Both the position numbers and the translations under genes were made by a program. The notes beneath the pieces were generated by a model. The model had not been told where the DNA came from and made no database searches. It saw nothing but the letters and a program-made list of their open reading frames with translations. A stretch of DNA of 56,986 nt, counting the filler, from Catajapyx aquilonaris (taxonomy: Eukaryota), in the NCBI GenBank assembly GCA_000934665.2. It is 3 parts of 3 records of this genome, joined end to end, with 100 filler letters (N's around TTAATTAATTAA, not from the genome) between each part and the next. Parts side by side here need not be neighbours in the genome. Positions count along the whole stretch, not along the records: positions 19,021 to 37,942 come from JYFJ02006575.1; positions 38,043 to 56,986 come from JYFJ02006576.1; 1 more part is not named here. The stretch is one strand, 5' to 3'. Shown in pieces: positions 34,131-46,110 of this stretch (position 1 is the stretch's first letter; every line of letters starts with the position of its first letter).

Positions 34131-37100
34131 ATGATTGATATTGGAACGTGGAGAGCCAGGCTGGAAAGAGGGCCACATTTGCGGAGGAGGATGAAGGATG
34201 ATGATGACCACCAAGACCAGCAGCGTGCTTGCACAGTGGCAGCATTTGCCCGGTGTGCAAAGAAGTCACTGCTTCTTTGGGTGTTAACTCTGGGGATCAT
34301 TAGTGTTCTTTTGATTCGTGGGGGAGTCGAGCAGAACCCAGGTCCTGGTCCTTCAGCCGCACCTGACTCACCTACTGTGGAAAGGGACTCCCAAACAGAA
34401 GGTGCTATGCCAAAAAAGCAGGTAGGCTTGTGGCTCTGTAAGTGTGGAAAGGGATTTGGGAAAAAATATAACCAGCAGAGACATATGAAGCAGTGTGCGG
34501 CAGTAGCCAGTAGCGGCAAGAGTATTTCACCCAGTGATCAATCATTAACATGTAGTACATGTGGGGTTATCCTTGCACAAAAATGGAACTTGGACCGGCA
34601 CCAAAATACTTCTTGTCAATCTAGGAAGCCAACAGGATTGGCGAAGAAAAGTTGCTTGGATCCTGCTTGTTCCCTGACATTTTTTCATAGAACTCGAATG
34701 TTTGCTCATTACTGCTCTGATCATCTGAAAACTGATCCAAAGACCAGCCACAGAGTGTTTAAAACCATGCAGGAATTTAATGAGTGGAAATTAGATCTGG
34801 AAAAGAAAACATATGCGTATTACGCCAAAATTTGTGGCACGAAAGATAACCAAACTCTTGTTAGATTTGCATACTATGCCTGCCAAAGGGATGGATCATC
34901 AAAATTCCATTCCGTCCGAAAAACGCTGCGCAAGCGCCATGATGGTCGCGTAAAAACAGACATGAATTGCCCTGCACGATTACTCGTCAAGTATGACCAT
35001 GATGGTGTAGACGTACAGTTCTTAGACTTCCACACACATCCCCTCGATTTTGCAGAAACGAAGTTTCAAAAGTTGCCTGTTGATGTCAGGGATCACATAA
35101 AAACCAGGTTAGCAGATAACGTTGAAGTACGTTCGTAGATGCACTGAAAGATGAGTTGAGAGCAGGGGTTGGAAATTTGGCGAGCTGGGATCCAAACCAT
35201 CACTTTCTACCGCAGCACTTTGTTTCAAAAAGGCGACTAAATCAAATTAAAAGCAAGATTGAATGGAACACTAAGCATAGTCATAAAGAAGACAGCATTT
35301 CCCTTGCAAATTTGGTGACAAGCTTATGCCAGGATCCAAGCACTTCTCCTATTTTGGTGTTCAAACTGCAGCAGGAAACAGTGCGTGTAGGGCCTCCTTA
35401 AATTGATACATTACCTGACGCAGAAAATTTGTTCCTTTTAGCATTTCAGTCTCAGCCACAGCTAGAAAACTTAAAAAAACATGCAGGTGTAATACTGTGC
35501 ATAGATGCCACACATGGTACTACATGCTATGATTTTTATCTAGTCAATATGTTAGTCCGAGACGAGTTTGGTCATGGTTATCCGGTGGGACATGTAATAA
35601 CGAACCACCAGGATTCCAATACATTGCATTGGGTCTTCTACGCAATCAGGCTCAAATGTCCTGATTTAAAAATTGGTGCTGTGATGACAGATGACGATTG
35701 CAGTGCGTACAATGCACTTAAATCTGTCTTTGGGGAGACTGACTGCGGTGTACACTTAATATGCAAGTGGCATCTTCATAGATCGTGGCATCGAAATCTC
35801 CGTCGCCTCATAAAAGGAGATGTGGTGGACCTTCGAGCATTAATCTACCAAGAGCTGATTGTAATATTAGAGGAACGTTCGGAACCTAAATTTCATCAGC
35901 TCTGCATGGGCTTCTGCAACAAATATGAATTAGACCAGCTACAGTTTGTTCAGTACTTTCGAAAGTATTACCTAGACAGGCCAGAAGTGTGGGCTATGTG
36001 TTTCAAAAATTTTGAGCATGGTCGTACAGACACCAACATGTACTGCGAGTCCTTCCACAACAAAATTAAGACATTTTATTTGAAGAGAAAACCAAACAGA
36101 CGGTTGGACGATTTAGTAAAATTGTTGCTGAAAATAGAGGAGGACATAAGAATGGCGCATACCAAGAATACTTTGGAAAGAAAGCCCCATGTAATGAATG
36201 TTTCAAAGAGTAAAAGCATTAAAAGCCGGCATGAAAGGGGGATGAGCATTTCCACATCTGATGTAGTTTGCATGGACAATAAAGCTGGGGTTTTCAAAAT
36301 CAGATCACAGTCCAACCCAGATACTGAGTACAAGGTAACAATTAAAAAGTCCTTTTGCAATGAAGCGCATTGTTATGAATTTTGCTATGAAGCAGGATGC
36401 TTGAATTTGTGCAGTCATTTGTACCGTTGTAACTGCCTTGATGGCAGCCGCCTTTGCAAGCACATACATAAACTTCACTCTCTTCGACAAACTGGTTGCA
36501 AGATTGAAAGTAGTAGACCGACAAATACTGAACAAAATGTGCCCATATCTGTTCCAGAGTCCTTTAGTAATTCTCCAGCAGTGCCTTCAAATGTAGAGTC
36601 TAGACTATCCTCAGTCGATTCAGCACTTGCGAAGATTTCAGACCTTCTTAGAAAGCCCCACATTCAAAAGTGGTATTTAGCAAATGCAGAGAGCAAAATT
36701 AATGAACTACTTTTGGGCCTTCAGGCTGTTGACAAACAATGCGAACAAGGATTGCTCTCCTCGGCGCCTCACTTGGAGCCAAAAGTCAAGTTTCATGGAA
36801 GGGAAAAGCTGAAACGGCAATCTTCCACTGCTGGAATTTACCGGACCTCTAAAAAGTACACTGCAATTAGTCCTTTCACCAAGCCGACAGAGAAAGAGAC
36901 TGTAGAAATTACACAAATGTTACTGGAAAGTGCAAATGATACAGGTAGCATTCCTGAAGTAAGCGATTTTACTCCAAAACTGTGTGGTGCTGCTTCCGTT
37001 GAACAGAAAGCAATTACTGTCCGTGGCATACATACACATATGAAGCAGTTGAAGAGCCTTGAGCCCTGCTTAGATAAAAAGGAACTTGCTCTTATCAAAT

Positions 37101-37819
37101 CCATACAAGCTGATTTTAGAGTAGGATGGTTCTATGACTGCATATTAGAAGCCTTTTTGAAACGACTGGAATCCACTTACACAAATACTCTAGTGGGAGA
37201 TGCCAACACATTAGATTTTCTTAAAAATCCAATCAGTCAGGCCTTAACAAGATTATTAGATGGCAGGAAACCAGAAAACATTGAACTCGTGTTGTTGCCT
37301 AGGTGTGTTAATAATAACCATTGGGTGTTGCTAGCAGCTCATGTGAAGGGAGATAGGAACATTTATTACATAGATCCTATGACGAATAACTCAAGGCCCG
37401 ATGATAAAGATATTAATACTTTCTCTAACTCCCTAAGTAAGTTTTTTGGCTTGGTTAACCCACTGAAGGTAGTTCAACCCATTCATGTATTACAAAATGA
37501 CGGCAAAAATTGTGGAGTGTTTGTTTGTTACTTTGCTGAGCAGCTCTGTAAAAAGTTAAGTCTAACAACCCCTATCACTCCCTCGCTTGATCATTACAGA
37601 AAACACATATATGACACAATACGTGCCAATTGCTTGCAAAGGAAAACAACAAAGGAATATGACAAATGCCTTGTATGCAAATCAAACCAGACGGTTCTAA
37701 ATGATTCGGATTGGGTTCAATGTGATGATTGCGATCAATGGTTTCACATTAAATGTGTTAAACTAGGTGCCACACAGGCTAGGAGGAATTCATTTACATG
37801 TCCAGGAGCTACAGTGTAA
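34131..37819 (+). mobile_element. Mutator-like (MULE) transposase, disrupted: 2A-like leader, C2H2 fingers, DDE core, SWIM, Ulp1-like peptidase, PHD finger
   Basis: Three C2H2-type fingers; YACQRDG..CPARL..HTH domain; core CIDATHGT, VMTDDD, CKWH, TNMYCESFHNKIK; SWIM CNC..LCKHIH; peptidase C48 motifs NNHWVL, YIDPM, QNDGKNCGVFVC; PHD CLVC..WVQCDDCDQWFHIKCV..FTCP. One frameshift near 35130 and one in-frame TAA at 35399. Confidence 0.9.
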
Positions 37820-37942
37820 TTTCAGGAATCTTAATGCAATTCAAGGGCCCAAGCATCTGAAGCTCATGACAATACAAGTACCTGTGATTATATATAAATA
37901 TAAAAATTTATCTGAACTTCATCATTGTGCTGCTGCAGAACT

Positions 37943-38042
37943 NNNNNNNNNNNNNNNNNNNNNNNNNNNNNNNNNNNNNNNNNNNNTTAATTAATTAANN
38001 NNNNNNNNNNNNNNNNNNNNNNNNNNNNNNNNNNNNNNNNNN
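37943..38042. other. Assembly gap with artificial linker
   Basis: N run, TTAATTAATTAA, N run. Confidence 0.97.
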
Positions 38043-41000
38043 TTGGTCAAATGTAAAGGACACCCATATGAACATGTTAAAACAAAAAAATCTCGCTAAG
38101 GAATTTGTCCGGGGTTCCGACCTTTCTTTCCTGTACTATACAGTTGGGCGCATATCACTGAGTAAACCGATAATATGCATGAGAGAGTCAATATTACGCG
38201 TATACCAGTTAACGGCATTTTTTTTAACGGTACATGTGCACTTCCTGAAGGTTTGTTAATCCCCCACGTGTCAGTGGGTCAGATTCTAATTCCAACACAT
38301 GCCAGACTCTTTCTAGCAGGGTAATTTTCCGGAAAAGAATTGGTCAACTGCCAAAGATAACAACCTTGCAAACCCAACAGTAAGCAGACATATCCGACTC
38401 TGAAAAAAAACAAAAAAAAAACAGGTTGGATTCGTAATGAATCAAACTTACGCAAGTGGCCCCCCCAGTTCGTCACCTGCAGTTCCGCACGTGACTCTGG
38501 CCACACTTCCCTTGTTTGCTCTGGGAGTAAATGTTTGTTTAATCGGGCCCTGACATAAACAAGACCAGGGGTTCAAACTGGGGGAGGAAGTTGGCATGTG
38601 CTGTTGGAATACGCACTGCATTTGTTAGGACAAGTGGGGTGTGTGTATATAGGGGCAGGGCAATGGGGGGTTGCTACTGTGCGGTGACGTAAAACAAGCA
38701 CTGTGATTAGTAGTGATGAGCCAGTCAGAGAAGTCTCCCATACACATGGAGCTAGTACGGTTCGGAAGACTGCAACGTACGGTGGTAAGGTCAACAGTCC
38801 CAATATTAATTTTTAAGGATTTAATCAGTCACATGTATTATATCGCTCAAAAAGATGGAGACGATATTGCATTGAAACCAAATGGACAATCATCTCAATT
38901 TTCTTCGTTTGAGCGATGTAGTACAGTCGTACTGGTGGCTCCAACAGTACAGCACCATTACTGCCCAGCACCCTCGGCAGAAAAATATGCAGTTTTTCAT
39001 TACTCAGCTTCTTTTCCCACAACTTTTATGGTGCAAAACTTGCGTTTTTCACATCTGTCACTGCTATGAGCTTTTCCATTTCATAAGTTTTGCACCTAAA
39101 AGTTGAAACTGAATTTCTCATTGCAAACTTCAACTGATTTAGTTTCGTGGAATAGTCTAATAGACCTGCTGTTCAGACTATTATTCGCTCCGGCCCGATT
39201 GTGCTTATATAGAAATAAGAGGATATCCGGAGTCGTATCCGGTTGCACCATGCAATCTTGCGTGGTCCAGCTTTTAGAATTCGTCACCGACCCTAGGATT
39301 TTTGACTCACTTCCTTATCAAATGTGGTGATTGCAGCTGGAACTATGCGGGATCGTTGCCCTTCATATATGTAGGCTACACTATAGTTTGCTGATTGTTT
39401 CTCCCAGCAACCCTAGCAGCTTGTAGTAATTGAATCGGATTCTATGCCCTTAGCAGACTTGTATATCGATTCGATTCCGTCTGAACACAAAGAATGCCGT
39501 CCCCTCCCATAGTTTTTGGGTGAAATCTAATTAGCAACGACTCACTGTTCGCAAGCTAGAGAGAGTCTGGGGACCTTCCAGAAATTGGACGCCCGAGGCA
39601 ATTTCCGCAACTGAATCTTGTGATCCGTGCAACTTCATCCGGGTGCGGATGCTGGGGGGAAAAGAAATGTCTAAGAATAGCGCTCCTCCTGTGGACAGAT
39701 TCCAATAGAAGAAAAGTCAGCGTGAAAAACGATGTATGTCGTGCAGTGCAAAATCCCGTGTCTGCTACCTGTCGCCTCACTTGACGTTTGAGATGTTCTG
39801 GTGTCACCCAGATCGGATTTGGCCAGAACTGCTACCACCTTTAAGGGAGGGATCATATTGGTGAGTTCAGGATCTGACCACACTGAGGCTCCACTAGCTG
39901 CAATGTCATCTATCGGCCGTAAGTCACAACAACACGTTTTCGACATGTTTCCTGCTTCACTGTGATATTCTGGGATCATATATACGCATATGCAGAACCC
40001 GGAAGTAGCCGTTTGTGCACGACATTGTCATTTCCTATACAGACAGCTTGGTAAAATCGACACTATCGGGCCCGGGACACCGCGTAAAGAAAGTGAAAAT
40101 GAGCCCAGCAGAGCAGAATATGTTTCTTCCTTCGAGTTGCCACATATCTGGCACGCAATGACCTCATAAATGAGTAATTGACACGTCCCCTCTATTACAT
40201 CGGGAGGGGAAGGGAGGCCATATTCATCCTTTCGTTTCAAACAGAAACTATATAGTCCGTCAGGTACACTTAACACTATTGCAGAGTAACCCGGTTGCGT
40301 CACTAATAGGCTCCGAGGATCTAGTTACTGATTGTTAATTAAGGACGACCCGTCCTACTTGCAACGCTCCGTACAATTCTTGACGTCACAGGCCATTGAT
40401 TTCCTATAAGTGCACGCCATGAGGGGTGTCTCGCAAAACCTATTGTGTTGTTATGTGGGATGTGGCAGGTATAGGCTGTCTAACAATGTATATAAAAAAA
40501 TACCCGCGCCTGATGGATTTATACAAGCCTTATCTGTACGTATAGTGCATTGGCGGAAAGCCTACAGTAAACATGAGCTACTGGGGCCATTTATTTACAA
40601 TGATGGACGCGTCCGACAATTCACCGGAATCTTGCTGTACAGTTCTTGGTACAGTGCATGAACAAATCCTGTAGTAAAACATCTTCGCCATGTCGTGCCG
40701 CTGTAGAATTGAGGAAGAAAGCAGCGTGCGCCGTCTACTGATTTCCTTTCCCAACGTCTGCAAAAAGGGGATATTTACGACTAGTACAATTTAAACCGGA
40801 TATAACAGACTTCAAGGGACCGCGGGGAAAAGTATGATCTAGCGAAATATGTACGCCCCAATTGTTATCATTCCATAAAATTCGGTACGACAACAATGTA
40901 GCATGCGTTTTATTATCAGCAAGTGCCAAGTGTTATAAAGCTATAGGGAACACCCATGACCTTTTTACGTCTGGGTACAACTTTTTGAGATGTCTGTGGG

Positions 41001-42235
41001 GGGACTCGCGAGACATCGAGCCACGCCCTGTGACGTCACCTTTTCTGGGATCGAAAGTTTTTTTTTTTTTTTGAGCAGGTTGAATGGGTCATAGCATCGA
41101 GTCAATGGAGAGCCTTCCCCCATGCTGGTGGAAAAAGGCATCTTGCCAATTTATTTTCTTTTAAAAAAAGCGGCGCTGTTTGTTCCTTTCTCTTTACGAA
41201 TTACTGTCTGAAGTATGTCACCTGTGGATTCAGTCATATGCCACAATTATTACTGATTGTTCTCTCCAGCAACCTTGATACTTGTTGCACATTCCGGCGT
41301 GGGTATATAGGCAACACGTAACCATCTGGCCGTGGAATTTCCTAGAAAGTCTTCACGACATGGAGCTAAAATTGAGAATCGCATGTTCCGTAGTATCTGT
41401 ACACACACGATCGGAAATCGTTCGGGTTTTAAATCTTATGAATGGGATGTCGTAAGCCAAGCCGCCATGTTTTTGAGAGGGTTCGGAAGAAAAACATGTT
41501 AACCGCCAGTTAACTCTCTCCGGAACCTGTACAGATTTTTAAAATATGGCCCACCTAATTTTTTTTATGGGCATGGGGGGGTTTAAGTCTGTTCCGCGTG
41601 GGCGTCTGTGCAACATGCGCCCCCATTTCACATCAGACGCCCACGACGCCCCATCGACGCCAGTGGTCCGCAAGCGCAGAAACATGGCGACGTCGCTTTT
41701 TCTCCGGGACTTGGGGCTTATCCCATCCCAGCTGCCAAATGAGACCGGATTCTGCTCCGTATAGGCCGGCAGGTGACCTGCGGCAGAGGTCAGGTCGAGT
41801 CATGAAGCTGCAGGTGGTGGTCATCGAGACTGGGGACAGGTGGAGGAGGGCTCTGTTGAGGTAGGTCAGAGGTCATTGGGGCGGCCATCTTGGTGGGAAC
41901 CGGAAACATGTGGAATTATTCACACAATTTTTGTTAAAAACTCAAATGTAGTGACCTGATTGTGACGTCATGTATATGGATTGATGATGTCACCGATGCG
42001 ACTTACAGGTGTGGTGTAATGCATTATTCATGTGCGATCTGACGTCACGGGCTTGGGGTATGACGCGGCATGCATTTTCAGGATTTCCCTGGAGGCGTTT
42101 ATTGCCATTTTTTACGATCCGCGGGGTCAGTCGAGCGGGATTACATTTATGCGAGTGACCATCAGAAATGGCGGGCTTATGTAATGAGGCTGACTTTTTA
42201 TCCCGGTTTTACTGTCGTACATGCATATTTTAAAA

Positions 42236-43010
42236 ATGAAGAGTGACATTGATGGACCTTGAATGATACGGGCATGATTTTTAAAATGTTGCGATTTCAT
42301 TCAGAGTGTAGGAAATATTGAACCCCCCCCCAAGAGAGCACTGCTCTATCACGGGGCAAAGAAAATAAATAATAAATCAAATACTGAAAAAATTGCGAAT
42401 TTAAAAAGGTCACATTGGGTACCGCATTCAAAAGTGCCAAATAATTTTGGTAATACATTTTTATAAATTATGCTTATTATAAGGGGTATAATGCCATACC
42501 CGGCCATACCTCATCTGAGGTTACGCACGGACCTTTATTTTGTCGAGATGGTACATTTAGTTTTGACAAAGTAGATGGCCATTGGTCCAAGGGCAGGGTG
42601 ACTGGGAGGGGATGTGCAGTGTGCAAGTGCAATGTCGTAGCTATCGTCATTTTGTGAGCTCCCCCGGGTGGTTCGTCTGTCGGAAATCCCACCCTAGACG
42701 AAGCCGGAGATGACCCCGAACTCCGTACGAGATGAAAGGGGGGAAAGCCCGGGCTTGGGGTCGAACCCGGGACCCTTCCATCCGTGGGCGCATGCGTTAC
42801 CGCAGCGCCACTCCGCCTTCCCTAATTATGCTTATTATAAATTATTATGAAGAGTGACATTGTGGGACTTTGAATGATAAGTCGGGACATATATATTTTT
42901 AATGCTGCGATTTCATTGAGAGTGCAGGAAAAATTGCAAAAATAATTTCGAATTGCGTGTTAAAAGTGCCAAATAAATTTGGTAATGTACATTTTATAAA
43001 CTATATATGC
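42236..43010 (+). repeat. Diverged direct duplication (about 165-240 bp units) flanking the SINE
   Basis: atgaagagtgacatt...gcgatttcatt...aaaagtgccaaataa..ttggtaat occurs at 42236-42470 and 42847-43000. Confidence 0.7.
42483..42823 (-). mobile_element. tRNA-derived SINE, full length, with 17-bp TSD
   Basis: A box gtggcgctgcgg and B box ggttcgaccc on the minus strand. TSD aattatgcttattataa at 42466-42482 and 42824-42840. Homologous to 55357-55590. Confidence 0.85.
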
Positions 43011-44051
43011 TAATTCAGAGAGAGGAGAATATAAAATACGATAGAAATATTCAGAAAAGTTGCGTATTGTTGCACGGTCTGTATGTCGCAAGTATTGAGC
43101 GCTCAGGAAGTGATGCGACAATATGGCGAATTTTGCTTATTTTTCAGCATTCAATTTGAGCATCGAAATGGTAGTTTTTTTCATTTTTTCGCGTTTTTTG
43201 CGTGTCTTTTCGAAGCCATGAATGTTGAGCATTTCCGCCACCTTTTCACGTCACACGATTACAATCGACCGGAAAAGATGGGTCACATGTCCCCCCCCCC
43301 CCCCTAATAAACCGGCGGATTATACACGTCTAGACTAGAGCCAGTGTCAGGAAAGGAAAACATCATGGTCACAATGTTTATGTAAACACTTGGACTTCCA
43401 AGCCAATAGCTCCGACCTTTTTCTGCGACCTCTTTTTTTTTTCTTCTTCTTCGACAGCATATCTCCTCAACATCAGGGTCAATGTCGCGTGAGAAAATAG
43501 CGTCGCAATTTTTTGCGTGCGAACTAATTAGAACCAGAATTGATGGCAATGGCATCTGGACTCCTCCTTCAATCTACGCCGTTTTTTGGCATGTGTTGAG
43601 AATGGCTTCCCAATTGCTCTGATTGGAAGCCCCCTCTATTTTATTCCGCCTCTCTTGTCACCCCCTCCCTCCTCCTGCTGGTGACGTATGACCAAAAGGG
43701 GACGGTCAATAGTCCCTAAAAATGAGAGATGCCAGAGAGAAAAGGGCAGCCAGGAGAAGTTCAGTGCATGTGTTCACCTGCAGGACACCCCGACAGGTAT
43801 ACAGCCAGATATTGTCAAACTTTAAACACCCCCAGCTAATTTACTTATCGTGTTTACCCCAGACGTGCCTATCGTCATATAGACAGGGTGTTCCAAGTTC
43901 CTGGGTCCTTTTAGTTATGGGTTATTATCGCTCAGAAGCTGTTACTTTTTTGTAGCTTGTTGCGCCCTTAACCAGATGCCCTATTCTATAGACAGAAACT
44001 GCTATATTCGACTACCTGATAGTAATGTCAGAACAAGCTACACAAAATAAC

Positions 44052-44255
44052 TAAGGTGAAGTGGGGGAAGTGCATACCCGGGGTAAGTGCATATATTGTG
44101 CCGCCATATTGGAATGAAAATGGCTGACGACACCAAAACGCGTCAGACAGTGCTACATAGCTGACGCGTTTTGGTGTCGTCAGCCATTTTCATTCCAATA
44201 TGGCGGCACAATATATGCACTTACCCCGGGTATGCACTTACCCCACTTCACCTTA
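44052..44255. mobile_element. Young palindromic MITE (95-bp arms, 14-nt loop, TA ends)
   Basis: 44052-44146 is the reverse complement of 44161-44255 with one mismatch. Confidence 0.88.
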
Positions 44256-44403
44256 CTTCAGTTGATATTAGTGATAAGTGATAACTAAAAAAAACTACCC
44301 ATGCGGGACACCCTTGCACAAATGTTACATTTTTTTAGTTATTTTAATCATTAATATTTTATTAGTATCACAGTTGTTAGTAGAAGTTGTTAATATTAGT
44401 ATT

Positions 44404-44500
44404 GGGTGGAATTTTCGTTCCACTGCTAACTTAGCAGTACCGGTGATGGCCATGGCACTGATAAGTTAGCAGTAACTATCAGTGGGACGAAAATTCCACC
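44404..44500. repeat. Small inverted-repeat element
   Basis: gggtggaattttcgttccactg pairs with cagtgggacgaaaattccaccc; inner tgctaactta pairs with taagttagca. Confidence 0.7.
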
Positions 44501-44955
44501 CTTTATTAGTTGTTAGTATTAATCAGTATAAGTTATCAGTTGTTAGTATTAATCAGTATAAGTTATCAGTTGTTAGTATTAATCAGTATAAGTTATCAGT
44601 TGTTAGTGTTAGTCAGTATTAGTTATTAGTAGTAGGTATTAGTTATTGTTATTAGTTATTAGTAGTAGGTATTAGTTATTGTTATTAGTTATTAGTAGTA
44701 GGTATTAGTTATTGTTATTAGTTATTAGTAGTTAGTATAGTTATTATTAGTAGTATTAGTTAGTAGTTATTATTAGTAGTTAGTAGTTGTTACCAGTATT
44801 AGTTATCAGTCGTTAGTTTTATTAGTTAGTATTTTATTAATTATTAGTTAGCTTTTTATTAGATACTAGTTAGCTTTTTATTAGTTACTAGTTAGTCATT
44901 ATTATTCGTTATTAGTTAGTCATTATTATTCGTTATTAGTTAGTAATTAGCTATT
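44501..44955 (+). repeat. TTAG/TTA-rich minisatellite array
   Basis: A 30-bp unit (gttgttagtattaatcagtataagttatca) about 3.5 times, a 33-bp unit about 3 times, then degenerate shorter units. Confidence 0.9.
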
Positions 44956-45764
44956 CATTAAAAGGAAAATACTTTTTTAAAAAACGAAAAAACTCCTGCA
45001 TGTATGGGTTAACCAAGAGTGTTGTGATATTGAGCAAATTTGCTTGGCTATAACAGTTACGAAGTTGGATAACCTTTTCTGAATAGTGTGCTGCTAATGA
45101 TACCCGTTGCACATCCGGATTAGGGTGCAATGGGTGCAATATGGGGGCCATGAATAAAATATGCGAGGCGTGGCCCCCCCCCCCTCCCCTCCCGTATCCA
45201 AATGAACGAGGTTAGTCTGTAACACGCTTAGTTGCTGTTTTGGTTATTTATGTGGGCGACTTAATGCGCGCTTAATGAGATGTCCTGTTACCCTCGATGC
45301 GCGTCCAATCAGAAGAGAGAGGAGACGAGGAGAGCCCTTGTTGTTTCAACCCCGCAAAAGTTCGCGGCCTTTTTGGGTGGGGTTTTTTTGAAAATGGGGG
45401 GATGGGGGAGGGGGGGGGGAAGAGATGGAGGATCCAGATAATTTGGGCTAGCCCCCTGGGGATCATAGGGGGGCGGCCCAGGGGGTGGTAGACACTTCTC
45501 TAATGAAATAACTGCAGTTTTTGTGCCCGCCCCCTGGATGCCGGTCGTGCAATCGGATCTCGGTACGTTTTTAAAATTTTCGGAGCGTTTGGGTTCACAC
45601 TGGGCGTCGTTAGGTCGTTGTGGTTGAGTCCAACCGATTCCAACAACAACGCAACGACACTCGTGTGATCCCATTAGGAATTAAGTGCCGGTTTTGCTTA
45701 ACCTGAGATAAAATTGAATCGAGTTTGTGCCTCTGTCCGGGGCGAGTCATCCGTTCAGCAAGGT

Positions 45765-46110
45765 GCATGTAATACCTCTACCCCTCGCATGATCCTGAGA
45801 GTGGCAGTAGTGTGCCGTCTGCGTCAGGAACATAGTACTACCACACACTGTCTCATATAGAATTGGCTAGGGGAGGCTGTCCACGGTGACTCATCACCAA
45901 CGTGCATGTTGTACTATTTTCCCCCTGGGAGTGGCAGTAGTGTGCAGAGAAGGAGGATGTGCCATTTGTGTGAGGGACGTAGTGCTACCATACACTGTCT
46001 CGTTGGCTAGGGGAGACACTGTCTACGGTGACCCATCACCAACGTGCATGTAGTTCACCCTGAGAATGGCACGAGTGTACAAAGAGTGGGTATGGGCCAT
46101 CTGTGTGAAG
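45765..46110 (+). repeat. Diverged about 130-bp tandem repeat, about 2.5 copies
   Basis: gagtggcagtagtgtgc and ttggctaggggag...acggtgacYcatcaccaacgtgcatgt recur at about 130-bp spacing. Confidence 0.75.

Noticed and set aside
38573..40929. Cluster of short minus-strand ORFs with faint protein-like stretches (e.g. LFHETKSVEVCNEKFSFNF, LLGSFSLSL)
   Set aside because: No consistent frame, splice model or recognisable motif set; a tBLASTx or HMM search would be needed before any claim.
40380..42180. CpG-rich stretch with several TGACGTCA and GCCATCTT/AACATGGCG motifs as a promoter
   Set aside because: No linked exon or TSS evidence, and the same motifs are common inside the MITEs in this window.
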